Shown: positions 59,681 to 64,000 of the stretch, in pieces
Position numbering within the stretch: the stretch's first letter is position 1
Layout of the letters: the number at the start of each line of letters is the position of its first letter
NCBI RefSeq assembly: GCF_036365525.1
Contig: NC_090399.1
Coordinates: 2,418,001-2,482,000 of the forward strand
Reading direction: 5' to 3'
DNA length: 64,000 nt
From: Heterodontus francisci
Taxonomy: Eukaryota
The notes under the pieces: model-generated
What the model saw: only the letters and a program-made list of their open reading frames with translations
Databases searched by the model: none
Told to the model about the DNA's origin: nothing
Program-made: the position numbers and the translations under genes

Positions 59681-62030
59681 AGAGTCATAGTGTTATACAA
59701 TACAGAAACAGGCCCTTTGGCCCATCGTGTCTGTGCTGGCCATCAAGCACCTATCCTAATCCCATTTTCCAACACTTGGCGCGTAGCCTTGTATGCTATG
59801 GCATTTCAAGTGCTCATCTAAATTCTTCTTAAATGTTGCGGGGGTTTGAGCCTCTACCACCCTCTCAGGCAGTGTGTTCCAGATTCCAACCAACCTCTGG
59901 ATGAAAAAATATTTCCTCAAATCCCCTCTAAACCTCCTGCCCCTTACCTTAAATCTATGCCCCCTGGTTATTCACCCCTGTGCTAAGAGAAAAAGTTTCA
60001 TCCTATCCATCCTATCAATATCCCTCATAATTTTGTATACCTCAATCAGGTCTCCCCCCTCAGCTTCCTCTGCTCTCAGGAAAACATCTCTAGCCTATCC
60101 AGTCTCTCTTCATAGCCGAAATGCTCCAGCCCAGGCAACATCCTGGGGAATCTTCTCTGCACCTTCTCCAGTGCAATCACATCCTTCCTATTGTGGTGAC
60201 CAGAACTGCACACAATACTCCAGCTGTGGCCTAACTAGGCTTTTATACAGCTCCATCATAACCTCCCTGCTCTTATATTCTATGCCTCGGCTAATAAAGG
60301 CAAGTATCCCATATGCATACCTAACCATCTAATCTACCTGTGCTGCTGCCTTCAGTGATATATGGACAAGTCACCAAGGTCCCTTTGGCCCTCTGTACTC
60401 CTCGGGTCCTACCATCCATTCTATATTCCCTTGCCTTGTTAGTCCTCCCAAAATGCATCACCTCACACTCCTCAGGAATAAATTCCATTTGCCACTGCTC
60501 TGCCCACCTTACCAGCCCAGCTATATCGTCCTGTAATCTAAGGCTTTCCTCCTCACTGTTTACGATGCCACCAGTTTTCGTGTCATCTGCGAATTTACTG
60601 ATCATATCTCCTATATTCACGTCTAAATCATTAATGTACACTACAGACAGCAAGAATCCCATCACCAATCCCTGCGGTACACCATTGGTCACAGGCTTCC
60701 ACTTGCAAAAACAACCCTTGATCATCACCCTTTGCCTCCTGGCTCTAACTCAATTTTGGAACCAATTTGCCAAATTGCCTTGGATCCCATGACTTCTTAC
60801 CTTTTTAACCAATCTCCCATGCATGACCTTATCAAAAGCCTTACTGACGTCCATGTAGACTACATCAACTACTTTATCCTCATCTACACATCTACTCACC
60901 TCCTCGAAAAATTCAATCACCTTTGTTAGACATGATCTCTCCCTGACAAAGCCATGCTGACTATCCTTGATTAATCCCTGCCTCTCCAAGTGGAGATTAA
61001 TCCTGTCCCTCAGAATTTTTTCCAATAGTTTCCCTACCACTGATATTAGACTCACCGGCCTGTAATTACCTGGTTTATCCCTGCTATCCTTCTTGAATCA
61101 TGGTACCACATTCACGGTCCTCCAGTCCTCTGGCACCTCTCCTGTGAAAATTTGTGTCAGAGCCCCTGATATCTCCTCCCTTGCCTCACATAACAGCCTG
61201 GGATACATCTCATCTGGGCCTGGGGATTGATCCACTTTTAAGCCTGCTAAAACAGTTAATACTTCCTCCCTATCAATGCTAATTTGTTCAATTACATCAC
61301 AAATTCCCCTCCCTGATCTCTACACCTGCATCATCCTTCTCCATAGTGAACACAGATGAAAAGTAATCATTTAAAACCTCACCTATATCTTCTGACTCCA
61401 CACACAGATTGCCACTTTGGTCCCTAATGGGCCCTACTCTTTCCCTGCTTATCCTCTTGCCCATAATACAATTATAAAATGCCTTGGGATTTTCCTTTAT
61501 CTTGCCTGTCAGTGTTTTTGCACGTCCCTTCTTCGCTCTCCTCATTATTTTTTTAAGTACCCCCAACACTTTCGATACTCTCTAGGGCCTCAGATGTTTC
61601 AGCACTCTGAATCTGCCATAAGCTTCCTTTATTTTGCTCATCCAATCCTCTATATCCCTTGACATCCAGCATTACCTGGACTTGTTGGTCCTACCCTTCA
61701 CCTTTATGGAAACATGTTGGCCCTGAATACTCACAATTTCCTTTTTGAATGATTCCCGCTGGTTGGATGTAGACTTTCCTACTAGTAGCTGCTCCCGGTC
61801 CACTTTGGCCAGATTCTGTTTTATCAAATTGAAATTGGCCTTCCCCCAATTCAGTACTTTTATTTCTGGTCCCTCGTTGTCCTTTTCTATAACTATTTAA
61901 GTTCTCCCCCACTGACACGTCTACCACTTTTCTGGCTTCATTCCCTTGGATTAGGTCCAGTATCAACCATTCTCTTGTGGGACTTTCGATGTGCTGGCTC
62001 AAAAAGTTCTTCGTAAGATTTCCGCCCCCT
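59681..62030 (-). mobile_element. CR1 LINE inserted in the minisatellite
   Basis: RT motifs (SQHGFV..SCLT, GVPQG, KFADD), endonuclease end, tail at ~59685. Confidence 0.88.
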
Positions 62031-62032
62031 TT

Positions 62033-64000
62033 CAGCTCTGGATTACAGCACCGTCTGATATAATACTCTCCAATAAAACAGTCACCAATATATCACTGCC
62101 CTGGATTACAGGACTGTCAGATATAATACTCCCTGATAAAACAGTCACCGATATATCACTGCCCTGGATTACAGCACCGTCTGATATAATACTCTCCAAT
62201 AAAACAGTCACCAATATATCACTGCCCTGGATTACAGCACTGTCAGATATAATACTCCCCAATGAAACAGTCACTGATATATCACTGCCCTGGATTACAG
62301 CACTGTCAGATATAATACTCCCCAATGAAACAGTCACTTATACATCACTGCCCTGGATTACAGCACTGTCAGATATAATACTCCCCAATGAAACAGTCAC
62401 CGATATATCACTGCCCTGGATTACAGCACTGTCAGATATAATACTCCCCAATGAAACAGTCACTGATATATCACTGCCCTGGATTACAGCACTGTCAGAT
62501 ATAATACTCCCCAATGAAACAGTCACTTATACATCACTGCCCTGGATTACAGCACTGTCAGATATAATACTCCCCAATGAAACAGTCACTGATATATCAC
62601 TGCCCTGGATTACAGCACTGTCAGATATAATACTCCCCAATGAAACAGTCACTGATATATCACTGCCCTGGATTACAGCACTGTCAGATATAATACTCCC
62701 CAATGAAACAGTCACTTACACATCACTGCCCTGGATTACAGCACTGTCTGATATAATACTCCCCAATGAAACAGTCACTGATATATCACTGCCCTGGATT
62801 ACAGCACTGTCAGATATAATACTCCCCAATGAAACAGTCACCGATATATCACTGCCCTGGATTACAGCACTGTCAGATATAATACTCCCCAATGAAACAG
62901 TCACTGATATATCACTGCCCTGGATTACAGCACTGTCAGATATAATACTCCCCAATGAAACAGTCACTGATATATCACTGCCCTGGATTACAGCACCGTC
63001 AGATATAATACTCCCCAATGAAACAGTCACCGATATATCACTGCCCTGGATTACAGCACTGTCAGATATAATACTCCCCAATGAAACAGTCACTTATACA
63101 TCACTGCCCTGGATTACAGCACTGTCAGATATAATACTCCCCAATGAAACAGTCACCGATATATCACTGCCCTGGATTACAGCACTGTCAGATATAATAC
63201 TCCCCAATGAAACAGTCACTGATATATCACTGCCCTGGATTACAGCACTGTCAGATATAATACTCCCCAATGAAACAGTCACTTATACATCACTGCCCTG
63301 GATTACAGCACTGTCAGATATAATACTCCCCAATGAAACAGTCACTGATATATCACTGCCCTGGATTACAGCACTGTCAGATATAATACTCCCCAATGAA
63401 ACAGTCACTGATATATCACTGCCCTGGATTACAGCACTGTCAGATATAATACTCCCCAATGAAACAGTCACTTATACATCACTGCCCTGGATTACAGCAC
63501 TGTCTGATATAATACTCCCCAATGAAACAGTCACTGATATATCACTGCCCTGGATTACAGCACTGTCAGATATAATACTCCCCAATGAAACAGTCACCGA
63601 TATATCACTGCCCTGGATTACAGCACTGTCAGATATAATACTCCCCAATGAAACAGTCACTTATACATCACTGCCCTGGATTACAGCACTGTCAGATATA
63701 ATACTCCCCAATGAAACAGTCACTGATATATCACTGCCCTGGATTACAGCACTGTCAGATATAATACTCCCCAATGAAACAGTCACTTATACATCACTGC
63801 CCTGGATTACAGCACTGTCAGATATAATACTCCCCAATGAAACAGTCACTGATATATCACTGCCCTGGATTACAGCACTGTCAGATATAATACTCCCCAA
63901 TGAAACAGTCACTGATATATCACTGCCCTGGATTACAGCACTGTCAGATATAATACTCCCCAATGAAACAGTCACTTATACATCACTGCCCTGGATTACA
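62033..64000. repeat. Homogeneous 63-bp minisatellite with 189-bp higher-order period; runs off the window edge
   Basis: Unit CTGCCCTGGATTACAGCACTGTCAGATATAATACTCCCCAATGAAACAGTCACTGATATATCA; a CACTTATACATC-type variant recurs mostly every third unit. Confidence 0.95.

Noticed and set aside
62032-63975. Repeated 62-aa ORFs or a CRISPR-like array
   Set aside because: No unique spacers, vertebrate DNA, periodic stops and non-ATG starts; it is a minisatellite.

Overview
This is eukaryotic, repeat-dense genomic DNA, most likely from a cartilaginous fish (inferred from V-SINE/HE1-like SINEs, CR1, L2, Tx1 and Penelope content). Two spliced genes were assembled by hand on the minus strand, with GT-AG sites and consistent intron phases. 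(1) A tapasin-family gene has 6 exons from 19693 down to 1183: signal peptide, two N-domain exons, IgV, IgC1 and TM; the cytoplasmic tail exon(s) lie beyond the left window edge. ISRE/IRF and NF-kB motifs sit just upstream of its ATG, and the protein mixes tapasin and TAPBPR features. (2) Directly upstream, a Cys-containing SOUL/HEBP2-family heme-binding-protein gene has 5 confident exons from 44774 down to 26838; its 5' exon(s) are unresolved. The rest is nested transposable elements and tandem arrays: many CR1 LINEs, an internally deleted Gypsy-like LTR element, a solo LTR with TSD, Penelope fragments carrying minimal hammerhead-ribozyme motifs, a tRNA-headed ORF1-less LINE that appears to be the parent of a local SINE family, and several minisatellites, including a 63-bp array with a 189-bp higher-order period. 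Most long ORFs in the supplied track are repeat artefacts. Repeat boundaries are approximate unless a TSD is quoted.
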